Of a stretch of 64,000 nucleotides of DNA, positions 12,866 through 26,330 are shown piece after piece. How positions within the stretch are numbered: position 1 is the stretch's first letter; each line of letters begins with the position of its first letter. The notes below the pieces were generated by a model, which was given only the letters and a program-made list of their open reading frames with translations, did no database searches and was not told the DNA's origin. The position numbers and the translations under genes were made by a program. Origin of the DNA: Felis catus (taxonomy: Eukaryota); NCBI RefSeq assembly GCF_018350175.1, contig NC_058368.1:43340001-43404000 (forward strand), read 5' to 3'.

Positions 12866-14833
12866 ATTGCATTTCTTCTTACTATGCTAGCATACATTCA
12901 AAGTGCATATCTCTTTTTGGTTCTTAAATACCTATTAATTCTGATATTTTTTCTTATGTTCAAGGGTACATTATCCATGGAAGTAATAAGACCTATATCA
13001 AGACCTTTTCATTTTATTTAAGACCATTCATTATAAAGTTCTTGCTCATCTATCCCATCCCAGCTCCTGCCACAACCCTTTACTGTGTATGCTACAGCAA
13101 CAATGAACTATTTGCAATTTCTGAAATGTTAAAATTATACCACAGAACTGCAATTATTGGCACCAAAGGCAGAGATTGTGTTTTTCCCATTGTTGTTTCC
13201 CCAATAACTAGCAGCATGGGGGCATAAATATTTGTTCAAGAAATTAATAAACAGATTGTCATTCATAGTATTTACTAAATATTTATTGAATAAATTAATA
13301 AGTGGCTTATCTTTTACACATGCTTTGTGCCTAAAATGCTTTCATCTGATCTTTATTTTCTGCATGCTTTCTCTTAACTATGGGTTATTTACTTACTGAT
13401 CTGAGTTTTATTTAGCTCCACAGTCTTGGAACATTCAGCTCAGCAAGATATTTTGAATTGCGTGAATGACAAAGTCAGGTCTATGAGACAGGTTTGCTAA
13501 ATCCTACTCTTCTAAAATTTCTAGGAGTCCTAGGACAATATTTTGGAATATTAATTGTAATAACATTATTTCAATGTGTCAATGTATTTAATTAATACAT
13601 TAATTAATTAGTTGATTTTAAAATTCTGAGAAAATGTTGATTTTTATGGGAAACTTTTCTTAAGTGAAAAATAGTGGCTTTACAATCCTTGTTGATAAAG
13701 CAAGTATTGACAGTTTTACTTAGTAATTTTAATGAAGGAATTGTAGCACCGAGTCTGTTACGAAGTTCTTGATAAAAGTGCTGCTCTTTGTGATGGGAAT
13801 AATTATCACTGTAGAATAGGCATAAAATATATACCCCACGATAGTCAAATACCCACAAATATAAATGCAAATTACAAAAATTCATTGAAACACGATTGAA
13901 TGTACATAAATTGACCTAATCTAGTCACAATAACTCATATTCTAATATCATTTACAATTCAATCAACATATTGGTCTCAAATGCTTTTTACATATCGAGT
14001 CAGTGCAGTGAGACACAACATTGTTGCACATTATTACAGATAACTTCATTAATCAACCCTGCATCTTCAAAGATCAATCCTGGAGACTTTCCTGTCTCCC
14101 TTCAGTCCTTTGAATAAATGGCATCCTGTTCTTTCCTAAAATTTTGCCAAGTGTGACTGAGGAGAACTCAACGGAGCTTACATGATACGTTTGGGCACCA
14201 GTTATGAAAAAAATACACCAATAAGTGTAGTCCCATGTGTTCTTGTCTGATAAGTATAATACCCATGTTCCTTTTTCTAATTTTCCCTATTCTCTTTATC
14301 TTTACATTAAATTTCATCTCTTAATTAGAATATAGGTTATTAATACTTGGTAACATATAGTAAGAAAAGTATGTGTGCACATGATGAACAGTCTTTTTGG
14401 TTTTACATAAACCCAACTAATAAGATAGATTTTATTTTATTATTTATTTTAGAATATTTATTAAGTAAATACCTTCTAAATTTTTATGGTAATATCAGAA
14501 ATGCAGTCCTTATTTTAACAAATGATGTGAAGAAAACCATATTTTTATTATGCTTCATCTAGCAAACATGAACAGAAAGGACTTGTCAGAAGAAAGACTA
14601 AATGAAAAGATTTAGAGGGATGTAGGAAGTTACTCCTTATAATTTTGCAGATAGTATCTGAATCTTGGGCTCCATTCTTTTGCACTTAATCACTAGATTT
14701 TGCTTTCATTCAGTCCAAAGAAACTATTTCATATCTTTCCCAGGCACCTGATCTTAAGTAGGAATCTCATCAACATCCCCTACTCACAGTAGACTACCCC
14801 TACTCACAGCAGATTATTGTCTTGGAAAAAATA

Positions 14834-15058
14834 GGGATGCCTGGGTGGCTTAGTCAGCTAAGCATCTGACTCTTGGTTTTGGCTCAGGTCATGATCTCAT
14901 AGTTCCTGAGATTCATGAGATTCATGAGATCAAGCCCTGCATCAGGCTCTGCACTGACAGCATGGAGACTGTTTTGGATTCTCTCTCTCCCTCCCTCTCT
15001 CTCTCTCTCTCTCTCAAAATAAATAAATATTTTTTTTAAAAAAGGAAACAAAAAGAAA
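14834..15058 (+). mobile_element. Can-SINE
   Basis: gggatgcctgggtggcttagtcag head, internal gagattcat duplication, (CT)n tract, A-rich tail. Confidence 0.94.
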
Positions 15059-15719
15059 AAGAAAATAGAGGCCATCTCTTGAAACTTTTCTCAATTGTTT
15101 TTTTCTTTTCTACCTTTAAACTTTCCTCAAGGGGAGAGTATCCCCTTCTGTGCATTTGATTATACCTTCTTGCCTCATTTTGGCAACCTTGATCTTTTAG
15201 TTGTAAGTTCCTTTATTATATTTTCAATCCCCTCCCACCAAGAGTCCCGTTTCCTCCCATAAATGTACATTTTAAAAGAAATGAAAAGAAATAAAAAAAC
15301 AAAAATTATTCACATTTCCAACTTCAAACCACATTACATGTTATTTTCCTTTAAACATCAAAACTTCCCCAAATCACTCATTAGCTCTCTCTCTATTCTT
15401 TCCTTGGTTCTTTCTTAAATTACACCCTTTCAATATCACTTATTAAGTAAAAACTATGTAATAAATACTTAACATTCACAGGACTTCCTGCTTAATGCTG
15501 ACAGTGTATAGCGAAAGGAAATTGCCATCTTTCTTGTACATCAGAGTTATAGAAGTCTGACCAATAACAAACTATTACAATACACTGTGTTCAGTCCAAT
15601 GAAAAGAACGAGAAATAAATGAAAACAAAAGGACCAATATTTCATAAGTTAGAGATTCTTCAAAAATCAACTAGAAAAAAAAAACATCCAACAGATATTC
15701 AGGAGTTACCCATTTATTA

Positions 15720-16600
15720 ATTTCTTTCACTTAATAAACACTTACTGAGAACTATATGCTGGGCATTGTATTAAGCAGTGAATACAGCTAATAGAATAAA
15801 ATAATGAACACAGCTCTTAGGTAAGTAAATATTAGGTGAAGGTGATATAGGAACTATGGAGGCAAAGGAGAGGTGACTATTCCATCATGGGGATAGCATA
15901 GGAAGATTCTAGAGAAAAGGTTATTTGTGACTTGAGCATGCAAATACTGACAGTTAACCAGGTGAGTCTAAGGAGAGGTGGAGGAAAGTGTGATAACCAC
16001 AGAGGATGCCCTGTGCACAGGCTTCTCACATTCTTTCATGGAGGTACATTTAACTACAAAGAATAATGCCTCATATGCTCAGGAGCTCAAAGTGGTTTTG
16101 TACCAGGAACTAAATTTCTCCATTTGACTTTAAAAATACATACAAATTGTACATATTCATGAGAAAGAGCTCAGTTTTTTTTTTCTTCTAAATTTGATAG
16201 GGAGGTAGTAAAGGATATTCAGATGGAAAGTGGTATGATTATAGCTGATAATCAGATACATCATTTTGTCAGCCTTGTTAAGATTAAATGTAAGTCAAAG
16301 GGGATACATATTGATGTTAAGAAGCTATTTAAACAACCAAGGTAAAAATGGTAAGAATGTGAATGAAGGTTGTGGCAGTAGTAATGTAGAGAAAGGTAGA
16401 GATTTAAAGATTAAAAAAATACAATGCATTGTGTTTGAGGACTACTTGGGCAAAGATTTTAAGGCAGAAGGAAGAATCCCTGAAAACTCACAGGGTTCTT
16501 AACTGCACTTTTGAATGAAAGAAGTTACTCTTTATTGAACTAAGTAACATAAAAGAAGTTTTGGAGAAAGGGAAAGATCATAGCTTAAATACTTCAAGAA
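15720..16600 (-). mobile_element. L2 LINE relic(s)
   Basis: ttcacttaataaacacttactgagaactatatgctgggcattgta (reverse L2 3' end) followed by a purine-rich L2-like body. Confidence 0.55.
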
Positions 16601-16611
16601 ATCCCATCATG

Positions 16612-17621
16612 TATGTAATGGTGTTTTTATTACTGTGTAACAAATAGCCACAAACTTAGTAACTTAAAACAACATACATTAGCTCACAGTCAGAGATCAG
16701 AAGTCAGGCATGGTTTGATTGGATTCTCTGCTCAAGTCTCATGAAGCTGAAACCAAAGTGCTGGGTGGGACTGCACCTTCTCCCTGGGCCTCAGGCTCTT
16801 CTAAACTCACTAGCTGTGGTAAGTTAGCCACATCCTAATCACTGAAATCTTGGGATGTTACCTTATCTGGTAAAGTCTTTGCAAATGTGATTATGTATCT
16901 TCAGGTTATTCAGGCGGTCCCTACTGCAATCAAGAAGGAGGCAGAGGGAGATAAAAATCACACACAGAGAGGAGAAGGCCATGTAAAGATGGACAAGAAT
17001 GAAAATTCAAGATTCTGGCCTTGGACATTGGAGTGATGTGGCTACTAGCAAAGAACAAATTATCCCCTATAGATGCTGGAAAATGTTAGCCTCTGGTGAA
17101 AACTTAATTTGACCCAGTGATACTGATTTTAAACTATTGGCTTCTAGAACTTTGAAATAACAAATTTTTGATGTTTTAAGCCACCTAGTTTATAATTATT
17201 TATTTAGCAGTCACAGGTTGTTGGCAGAATTCATACTGTTGTAGTTATAGGACTGAAGTCACCATTTTCCTAATAGCTATTGATGTGGACCATTCAGCTT
17301 CTAGAGGTTAGTCGCATTCCCTCTCCATGTGATCTTCATAGCAGTTCACAACATGGAAGTTTGTTTTCTTTCAGACCATACAGAATGCCTTTTTGACTAC
17401 AACCTACAGTTTTCTACAACCAGTTGGAGAAAACTATCTGAATCTAAGGACCCATGCAATTAGGTCAGGCCCACCAGAATTATCTCCTTAGCTTATGGTC
17501 AACTGATTTGGAACCTTAATTATTCTGCAAAATCCCTTCACAAGAGTTTCCAGTGTTTGGCTTAATGAGAAAGAAGTTGTGTGTACAACTCAGTTTGCCA
17601 TCTTAGAATTCTGCCTACCAC
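16612..17621 (-). mobile_element. MaLR LTR (MLT1E-like) split by a nested MLT1
   Basis: ctgtgtaacaaatagccacaaacttagtaacttaaaacaaca at left; ttgttggcagaattca...gccatcttagaattctgcctaccac at right. Confidence 0.75.
16815..17217 (+). mobile_element. MaLR LTR (MLT1B/C-like) nested in opposite orientation
   Basis: catcctaatc...gtctttgcaaatgtgatta...ggaggcagagggag...ggcttctagaactttg...gttttaagccacctagtt. Confidence 0.75.
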
Positions 17622-17640
17622 TGTCTTCTTATTATCCATA

Positions 17641-17778
17641 CAGTGTGTCCTAAATTAATATAAGAATCAACCGAGCACTTGCTAAAACTAATGATTCTCC
17701 AACCTCAACTCAGACTTACAGAAACAAATACTCAGAATTAGAACCTGGAAACCAGCTTTTCTTACAGTTTCCCTGTGA
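17641..17778. mobile_element. MER5-like hAT-Charlie DNA transposon relic
   Basis: cagtg start; taagaatcaacc...cttgctaaaact...tcagacttacagaaacaaa...cctggaaacc resembles MER5A. Confidence 0.45.
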
Positions 17779-17780
17779 GA

Positions 17781-17835
17781 GGAGGAGGAGGAGAAGGAGG
17801 AGGAGGAGGAGGAGGAGGAGGAGGAGGAGGAGGAG
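17781..17835. repeat. (GGA)n trinucleotide repeat
   Basis: About 18 GGA units with one GAA interruption, abutting a (TCT)n tract. Confidence 0.95.
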
Positions 17836-18048
17836 TCTTCTTCCTCTTCTTCTTCTTCTTTCTTTTAGATTAAGAGAGAGAACGCATGAGCAGGGGTGGG
17901 AGGCAGAGGGAGACAGAGACAGAATCCCAAGTAGGTTCTATGCCCAGCATGGAGCCCAACAGAGGGCTCTATTCTACAACCCTGGGATCATGACTTGAGC
18001 TGAAATCAAGAGTCCGATGCTCAACTGACTAAGTCACCCAGGTGCCGC
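17836..18048 (-). mobile_element. Can-SINE with (AAG)n-derived tail
   Basis: Reverse SINE body ending gtcacccaggtgcc. Confidence 0.9.
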
Positions 18049-19104
18049 TCCCTGAGATTAGCATCAGTTTACTGAACACTGCAAATTGTCTGCAAGAATA
18101 CAAGAATCAGTCTAAACTTCTAAAACTGGCCACACCAACACCCTCAGAAGTTGTTGGAGCCTCCAAAGGAAAGGCTGGGTTTTTATTCAATAATTGGAAA
18201 AGTTGCTTAAAACCTTTAAAAGTTCTTAAAAAAAAAAAACTAAAACTTGACTAGTTATGTGAATAAGAAATAAACTACTTTTGTGTTTGAGCTATTATAC
18301 TTTCAAGTCTTACAGCAGTTTAGCTTACCCTAATGAATATGGTGAGGATTTGCTGTGTATGCTTCTCTGCAAACAAAATTAAGTTAAATGTTAGACATTT
18401 TTAGAGAAAACATTACATATTAATCCAAAATAATATTGATGGCATAATTATTAGCTTATTTACCAAATTCATAATATCTATCAAGATACAGATGTAGCTA
18501 AGTCTAGACACTAAATATAACAGAAAGAAATTTTGTTAATGAAGATGTAGTATCACACTAGTTATGATAATAAAACTTCATGATCAAATTATTGTATCAT
18601 GATTGTACGTGTAAGTTTTTCTTATAAAATTAAAAATATAAAGTTCATGCTCATAGCACGCAATCTATTTTTAGTAAAAAAAAATTCCATTAGTTAAGGC
18701 ATAATAATAGCTTATATGACATTTATTTTATATCTTTTCCTTTGATCAAAATATTTTATTGAACACATAATATAAGCAAATAACTGTTCATCATACAGTC
18801 TGTTAGGAAAAAAAGAAATGAATAGGCAATTATAATACAAAGGGTTTAGTGCTACACAGGACTACATACAAGTTACCAAGACCTCAGCAATTAAAGAAAT
18901 TTGGAACTTGGTGGGATAAGTTTAATTATGTTCTAAGAAATGAGTGTACAGAATATTTTGGCATTTGAGTGATACGTGAGTGTATACACAAATAGGTGCA
19001 CATGCACACAATGATAATAAAAACCATTTTGGTATTAATTTTCACTAGATACTCAAAACAATAGATGCTAAAATACAAAATGAATGTAAAACTAACTCAG
19101 AAAT

Positions 19105-19492
19105 ATCTCAGGTTTGGTTCTCTGACAGTACATGCTCTGGTAAAGTTTAGTTTACGAGATGTATATTAGGGATATCTCTTATAGAAAACAAAGGGAAAGG
19201 AAGCAGGATTGGGTAGAAGTCGTCCTGCTATGTAGGTCCTGTAAAACCTGTCAACCCCATCAGGAACTCTTTATAATAATATAGATTGTCAGAGTTGTCC
19301 TGCAGTGGCTTAAAATGGTTGTATCTGTACACTTAGGGCTTATGCAGGCAAGGGGTATCCCCTTGGTAAAAGTGGTACTATGAAGTAGAGGCAAACCCTG
19401 AAATATGCAACAGCTGGAAATTGTGTAATGACCACTGGGGCAAGAAGTCTGCCCTTTCACAGGGAGCTAAGAGGCACATCTCCATGTCCCCT
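19105..19492 (-). mobile_element. ERVL solo LTR (LTR16 family)
   Basis: gggaaaggaagcaggattgggtaga...tcaaccccatcaggaactct...cagagttgtcc...cccttggtaaa matches reverse LTR16. Confidence 0.65.
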
Positions 19493-21265
19493 GGAACCTG
19501 GAACTAGGACTTCCGCTGACTTAATACATACAAATAATGTGAAAGCTTTATAAATGAGCTGGCTATGGAAGGAGGAGAGGTAGGTAGGTTAGGGTTGGTC
19601 CCATATCTAATAGTTTGCCAGAGCATAGTATCCTTGGAACATGTACTCCATGTACCAGAACAGTAACTATGAACAAGAAGGAGCTAGCATGGGTTGTTAT
19701 AGAACTCTTCAATACAGTTTGCTAAGGAGATAAGAAGACCTCAATAGAAAACACCTAGAGCTGTATACCTCCTGATAACTAGACATCAACAAAAGAGTTG
19801 AAAACAACAAAATAGGATAAATATTCATGTTAATTACTGAAGTTGTTCTTATGATGAGAAGTATCTAAATAATCTTTTATTAGGTGAAAATCATCAGAAT
19901 ATTGGATCTATTCTAGTTTTACTCTAGAAAGACAGGGAAAAATTAGTCTTGTAGAATAAGATAAATGGAGAATGACAGAATGGTTAATAGACTGTTTTCT
20001 GATTATTTTCTGTGGATTCTACTTGTTCACTCTACAGAATGAATACTCACATTAACTTCATATTTTTTTATCCTGCTTCCATCATTTTTCCTTAAAATAT
20101 GTTAAAAAATTATATTTTCCAAAACATGAACTGAAGTTAAATTTATCATATTAAGTTGTCATGATTCAGTTCTCCTTTATGTATCCTGAACATCTCTTCT
20201 ATACTTTAAAAAAGTATATTAAAATATATGGTGTAAAATATATTTTAATAATTTAATAGAAAAATAGTTCATAAAAATCCTGGTAACCAAAGCTTATACA
20301 AAGTTTGCACTTTAAAATCACTGTAAATATCAAAATTAATAGGATTCAAAACATCAAATTAATAAATTTCAAGTGGAAGAAACTGGACTGTGCTGAGTAC
20401 CTATGTTTATTCTCTTATCACTTGAAATCATTTGCCATCATCCTCAGAGAGTATAACAGGGAACCTTGTATTTGATAATGATATAGCTTTGTTTGAACTA
20501 AATTAGGAGAGACTTTAATAAATAATAGGTCTTAATATATAGTAATTACCTGCAAGAATGGCTCTGTAATAGTCTTCTTTCCTCTTTCACACATAATTTT
20601 GCCTATCAGAGCAGGTGCCGGTCACTTAATCCTTACTTGACTGAACTGCCTTACTCTACAATCAGTAAAACAACTCAGTTGTAGCTTTAACTTGAAGAGT
20701 TTTCACTGACAAATTATAAAAAAGTATAATCAGAAACTTAAAAAGGAAATCACTGTATATTGTGTTTTTTTTCACTCCCTTATGTAAGTTACCACACTCC
20801 ACAGTTAGTGAATGACATTATTGTTGAGAATATTCACCTTGTGTAAAAATAGAAATTAATCATGGCCATAATCACATCCTCAGGGAATAATAACACAATA
20901 GAACTGGAAGGATTTTGGCAATTATCTAATCCGGTGGTTTTATAACTGGATCTATGAGCATTAGGTTCTCAGAGATGCCACAAGGACTGCTCTGGGAAAA
21001 GAAGACCAATTTGGGGGTTTCACTCTATCATCTCAACCAAAATTCAACTTTTTATCCATTCAATAGATTTTAAGGGAAATCAATTTGATTTGCTAGAAAA
21101 ATATTCATAATCACTGAGTTCAAAACACTTCATTGTGCATATAAAAAAACCAAAACTAGGGAGAAGCAGGTTCTTTAAACATGGATAAAAATTAAGTTAT
21201 TCTGTACAACTGACTCCTAGTATAATATCTTTATCACTTTTCTTTGGGACAATTGGAATAGCTTC

Positions 21266-21479
21266 CTTTTTTAAAATTTTTTATGTTTATTTTTGAGAGA
21301 CAGAGAGAGGGAGAGAGAGCAGGGGAGGGGCCAAGAGAGGAGGAGACACAGGATCTGAAACAGTCTCCAGGCTCTGAGCTGTTAGCATAGAGCCTGATGT
21401 GGGGCTCAAACTCATGAACAGTGAGATCATGACCTGAGCTGAAGTCAGGGGTTTAACTGACTGAGCCACCCAGGTGCCC
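21266..21479 (-). mobile_element. Can-SINE
   Basis: TSD tggaatagcttc at 21254-21265 and 21480-21491. Confidence 0.96.
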
Positions 21480-23246
21480 TGGAATAGCTTCTTAACTTGC
21501 CTCATTGCCTGTATCATCTCCATTTGTAGCCAATTTATACCACCTCTTCTCCTAAAATGCCTTCATTGGCTCCTGTCAGCTGCAAGATACAATTTAAACT
21601 CCAAAGTACAGTTGACCAATTATTTTATGAACTAGAACCTATTATTCCTTCCAATCTCAGCTTTAACCATTCAGTTCTAAACAATTCATACTATAATTCC
21701 ATTGTTCCCTGTTCATACAATGGTTTTCCACCTAATATCTGGACATGTTATTTTAATTTTCTGGAATAAAATTGAGATATCTCTGCCTATTTAAAAACAA
21801 TACAAAACAAAACATCTTTCAGAATCCAGTGTAAACTCCTCTATGAGACTCTATTTCAGGCAGGTTTAGCTACTACTACTTCTATGCCTTCACAGATAAT
21901 TTCCACATATCCATTGTTATGTCGATTGTACTGTTTAACCAAAGTATACATATGCATTAACTCGTTTGTGAAAGAGATACAAGCCTCCAAGAACAGGAGA
22001 TTCCTCATCTGATCATCTGCCAACTTATCAGCACATTGCCTTCCATTTGACTATTTTTCTAAATACTGTTCTTTTCCATCCTAGTACATAGACAAAAAGA
22101 CATTTTTCTTTTTAGGAAGAAATCCTAATATAAACCACTAACCATGGTTTGTAGAGGCAGTCCATTTTTCCTGGCTATGATATCTTCTGTCTATAGACTA
22201 ATGAGGTGCTTCCCTGGGCAGGCTTGGCACTCATCTCCTGTTCTTTAATTCCTAATGTCTTCTTGGTGTATTTGATACAATTTGTCTATGACAAATTGCA
22301 ACTATTGAAGAATACCTTTACCTTATCCCAATCTCTCTTCTCTTTTATTATTTATAGCTCTGTTTTTGAACACTCCATGGTCTCAAGCAACCAGGTCAGA
22401 TGCATTTTTGTAACTGACACTACCTCTGGTGTTCACCAGTGGCAAATTTCCCAACTCATAATCAAGTAAGGAGGGATACTGCTGAAGAGATAGTGAGCTT
22501 TTTGCTTTGAGTGTAAAAAGGACACTTGATAGAACTAAAGGGTCAGGGATATCTGATGAAGCAAAATCCTGACAAAATGAATCAAGGATACTTAGTCAAC
22601 TATGGACTTATTAAGGGCTTGAAAACCTTTTGAATTGAGAGTGGCTAGCGGAATTCTTGTAAGAAGATCCTTAAACTAGAGAAACATACTCACCCATCAT
22701 CATCACAGACTTATATTGATTTGATCTTGCAATATATAACTTATGTTTAATCTAATCTAATTATTTTAGTCTAGAAAGGAAACATGGTGGTATTATGTTG
22801 ATTGTCAGAAATCTCTAAGGTACATTTGTGAACATATATCTGGCAGAAAAGTATCTTGGAGAACTAAGCTGTGATCCCTCCACCCTGGCAAAATTGAGCC
22901 AGTCATTAGAACATGTGTCCTTCAGAGATTTCCTATTTAGCTTCCTTCATGAGCTGAGGAGATCAGTGAGAATTTGACATCTCAGCCTTCACAAAGAGCA
23001 TACATTTTTGTTGCTGCTGTTCCAAACTCTCACAGATGGAGTATTTTAATTTAGAAACTTTATAAATTAAGATAAAGTAATAAACATCCTTTTTGATAAA
23101 GGATCAGTATCATTAAAATTTCTTCCATATATAAGATTCTATGATAAAATTTTATCAGTCACTTAAGTTTAGTTAATAAACATCAAACAAAATTAAAATG
23201 TAATTGTACTGCACAAATAATACCAAAAATCAGAGTTAAGTCTTAT

Positions 23247-23443
23247 TTATTTACTTAAACTAAAAAAATAAAGAAAATTAAAGAAAGAGATCACAAGCAG
23301 GGGAGAGGGGCAGAAAAGAGAGAGAGAATCTCCACAATGAGGGTGGAGCCTGGCACGGGCCTCTACCCTATGACCCTGGTAATCATGACCTGAGGTAAAA
23401 TCACGAGTCAGACACTCAACTGACTGAGCCACCCAGGTTCCCC
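23247..23443 (-). mobile_element. Can-SINE, older subfamily
   Basis: Reverse SINE; flanks agagttaagtcttat / agagttaaattttat. Confidence 0.92.
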
Positions 23444-23458
23444 TAGAGTTAAATTTTA

Positions 23459-23691
23459 TTTATTTATTTATTTATTTTTATAAATTTTTTTTTCATTATT
23501 TTTTTGGGGACAGAGAGAGACAGAGCATGAACGGGGGAGGGGCAGAGAGAGAGGGAGACACAGAATCGGAAACAGGCTCCAGGCTCTGAGCCATCAGCCC
23601 AGAGCCTGAGGCGGGGCTCGAACTCCCGGACCGCGAGATCGTGACCTGGCTGAAGTCGGACGCTTAACCGACTGCGCCACCCAGGCGCCCC
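23459..23691 (-). mobile_element. SINEC_Fc, very young
   Basis: CpG-intact (gactgcgccacccaggcgcccc); TSD agttaaatttta at 23447-23458 and 23693-23704. Confidence 0.97.
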
Positions 23692-23953
23692 TAGTTAAAT
23701 TTTAAAAGAAATTTCTACTTTTATTTTTGCCTGTCGTCTTCTCTAAATTCCCTAAGAATTATCTCTGGTGGACTTAAATACTATGAATCTTATAGTTGAA
23801 GCAAAATTTATAAGAGCTTTATAAATTATATAATAAAAAAAATTCAGTGCCTTTTGGAAAATTGTATAAAGAAGATGTTCTAATTATTTTATTTTTAAGA
23901 TAATGTCTTTATGTACTTTATGTATTTTTATGTACATCTAGCATTGACTATTT

Positions 23954-24150
23954 GTTTTTTTTAATTTTTGACACAGAGACAGAGCATGAGCAGGGGAGGG
24001 GCAGAGAGAGGGGGAGACACAGAATCTGAAGCAGGCTCCAGGCTCTGAGCTGTCACCACAGAGCCCGACACGGGACTCAAACTCACGGAGTGTGAGATCA
24101 TGACCTGAGCTGAAGTTGGACGCTCCACCGACTGAGCCACCCAGGCGCCC
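23954..24150 (-). mobile_element. Can-SINE
   Basis: TSD ctagcattgactattt / ctagcattgtctgttt. Confidence 0.95.
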
Positions 24151-24244
24151 CTAGCATTGTCTGTTTTAACAAGAAAAAAGATATATCTTCAGCCAACATT
24201 GACTAATGTTCACAAGCTGGTGTAACCATATCAACTATATCATG

Positions 24245-24350
24245 AATAAAAATAACAATACATAATTACATGTATTAATTAAATTATTAATTAACAATAC
24301 ATAATTAAATTAATAACACATAATTAAATTTAATGAATTAAATTAATTAT
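24245..24350. repeat. AT-rich degenerate (TAATTAAAT)-type repeat
   Basis: Repeated taattaaat and two copies of aacaatacataatta. Confidence 0.7.
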
Positions 24351-24511
24351 TATGAGTGGGGTAGGGTCAGAGAGAGACAAAGACACAGAATCTGAAGCAG
24401 GTTCCAGGCTCTGAGCTGTCAGCACAGAGCCTGACCAGGGTCTCGAACTCACGAATCATGAGATCATGACCTGAGCCAGACGCTTAACCAACTGAGCCAC
24501 CCAGGTGCCTC
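24351..24511 (-). mobile_element. Can-SINE lacking a normal tail
   Basis: Reverse SINE body running directly into the AT-rich repeat. Confidence 0.9.
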
Positions 24512-24528
24512 AATAGCCATCATCTTGT

Positions 24529-24690
24529 GGGCCCTACAAAGGGAGGCTCAGTTAGTTAAGTGGCTAATTCTTGGTTTTGGCTCATGTCGTGATCTCACGG
24601 TTTGTGAGTTCGAGCCCCGCATTGGGCTCTATGTTGACAGTGAAGAGCCTGCTTGGGATTCTGTCTCTCTCTCAAAATAAACTTAAAATA
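24529..24690 (+). mobile_element. Can-SINE, head-to-head with the previous one
   Basis: ggctcagttagttaag...gagttcgagcccc (B box); TSD core atcatcttgt on both sides. Confidence 0.9.
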
Positions 24691-25289
24691 AAAACTATCA
24701 TCTTGTTATTGAAGACAAGTTTCTTTCAACAGAAATAAATTTTTGCAACTTTTCAGCCACCTGGTTGTGTGCTATTTGGATTTTTAAATCTCCAAATATA
24801 TGTAGATACATTCCCAAATTATTTATTTGCATATCCTCACAACCTAATAGGTAATATATACCTCTTGGATTAGGAGGAATGATAATCATAAATGATAAAA
24901 ACAAAAACAAAAACAGAACTGAGACACTGGATAAGTTTTCGGGGGGAATACAAAATATAACTTCTATTGAAGGCCAATGAGAAGACTCAAAACAGGTGTA
25001 TGGTTACATATCAGTGACATCCAATAGAAAAACAAAATGTTGCTAAAGACAGTTTCAGACAATTATATAAATATAAGCAAACATTATTCTGTTTATAGAT
25101 ACTGAGGATACAAAATAAAACTTTATTCACAAGGAATATTAGGGTATAAAGTAGAGCTCTAGAGTTGGAAAAACAGGAATATTAAACAAGTTACAAGGAA
25201 GAAACTTTTGATATGTATTAAAAAAGACAGTCATCCAACTATTAGAACTAAATTATAAGGCAAGGGTTCAGCTATAGAAGGTAGCTTTC

Positions 25290-26330
25290 ATTAATTAACT
25301 CATTCATCCAATTTAAAGTATTATTGAGAAACTGCCAGTAATAATTTTAGGTATGGGCATACAAAAATAAACAAGACATACTTCTTCTCTCAAGAAACAA
25401 TAATCATTTGGAGACAGACAAAAATGTAGTGGAGTGTGACATATTATAATTGAAGTCTTCTCAAAGTATAAGATGACACAAAGAGAGAATGTTGAGTTTG
25501 TTAACAAGCAACACAGAGAGAGCTTCAGAGATGTGTTCAATCTTTAGTCTTATATGAGTTGCAAGGCTTCTCTTAAAATGGTTGTGGTAAGTAATTTGGG
25601 AAGAACATTAATGAGTGAAAACAGAAATATGTTTGAAGAAATAAAAGCATGGAAATTCTTGGTATGTTCTGGGAAAGGCATAACTGGTTATGACTAAAGA
25701 AAACTATCTGAGGGATAAAGTGACAGGGGCTGAGTTTGGGGAGATAAGGCCAAGACCAGATTGAGAAGTACTCATACAGAAATAAAGCTGCAGTCTCCAT
25801 CTGTGACATGGAAGATCCTGAAAGTTTCCACAGTGGTGGTAACAAGGGACTAATGTCACATTTTTAGAAAATTAGTTTATAAGCTGAAAGACTAGTCTGG
25901 TAGAAAGAATACAGATAGTAAGACAAGTTAAGAAACTGTTGAAAACTTCAAAGGCAGAGATGAGGAGGAAATGAATAAATGTGTTGGCTGACTAGATGGA
26001 GAGTGATGAATGTATTAGTAATCTCTTTGAAACACTGAATATAAAACTTCATTGAGTATCATGGGTGAGAGAAAAGAATAGTCACCACACCTAGATTTCT
26101 GGGTCTTATGATTTGCAGGTGGCAGCATCATTCACTATTTTCGCACTTTGCACTTAGGTGGAAGAAAAGATTTCAGAGAGAAATAATGACTCAATTAAGA
26201 GTTTCTGTTGCTGTTACAGCTGCACCTGTGGAACGTACTGGATTATATTAGCCTCAAGTTGGTTTGAAATTACTATGACATGTCCATGAAGAATGTGAGC
26301 CTGGAAATGAAAAGTTAAGATGTATAAGGC
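25290..26330 (-). mobile_element. L2 LINE relic
   Basis: cattcatccaatttaaagtattattgagaa...acaaaaataaacaagacata (reverse L2 3' end) plus degenerate body. Confidence 0.6.

Noticed and set aside
14777..14815. 20-bp tandem duplicate cccctactcacag(t/c)aga
   Set aside because: Two copies only, with no spacer array; ordinary slippage and not CRISPR-like.
20931..21116. Possible hAT-Charlie MITE with cagtggtt-like ends inside a MIR
   Set aside because: Termini too degenerate to support without an HMM search.
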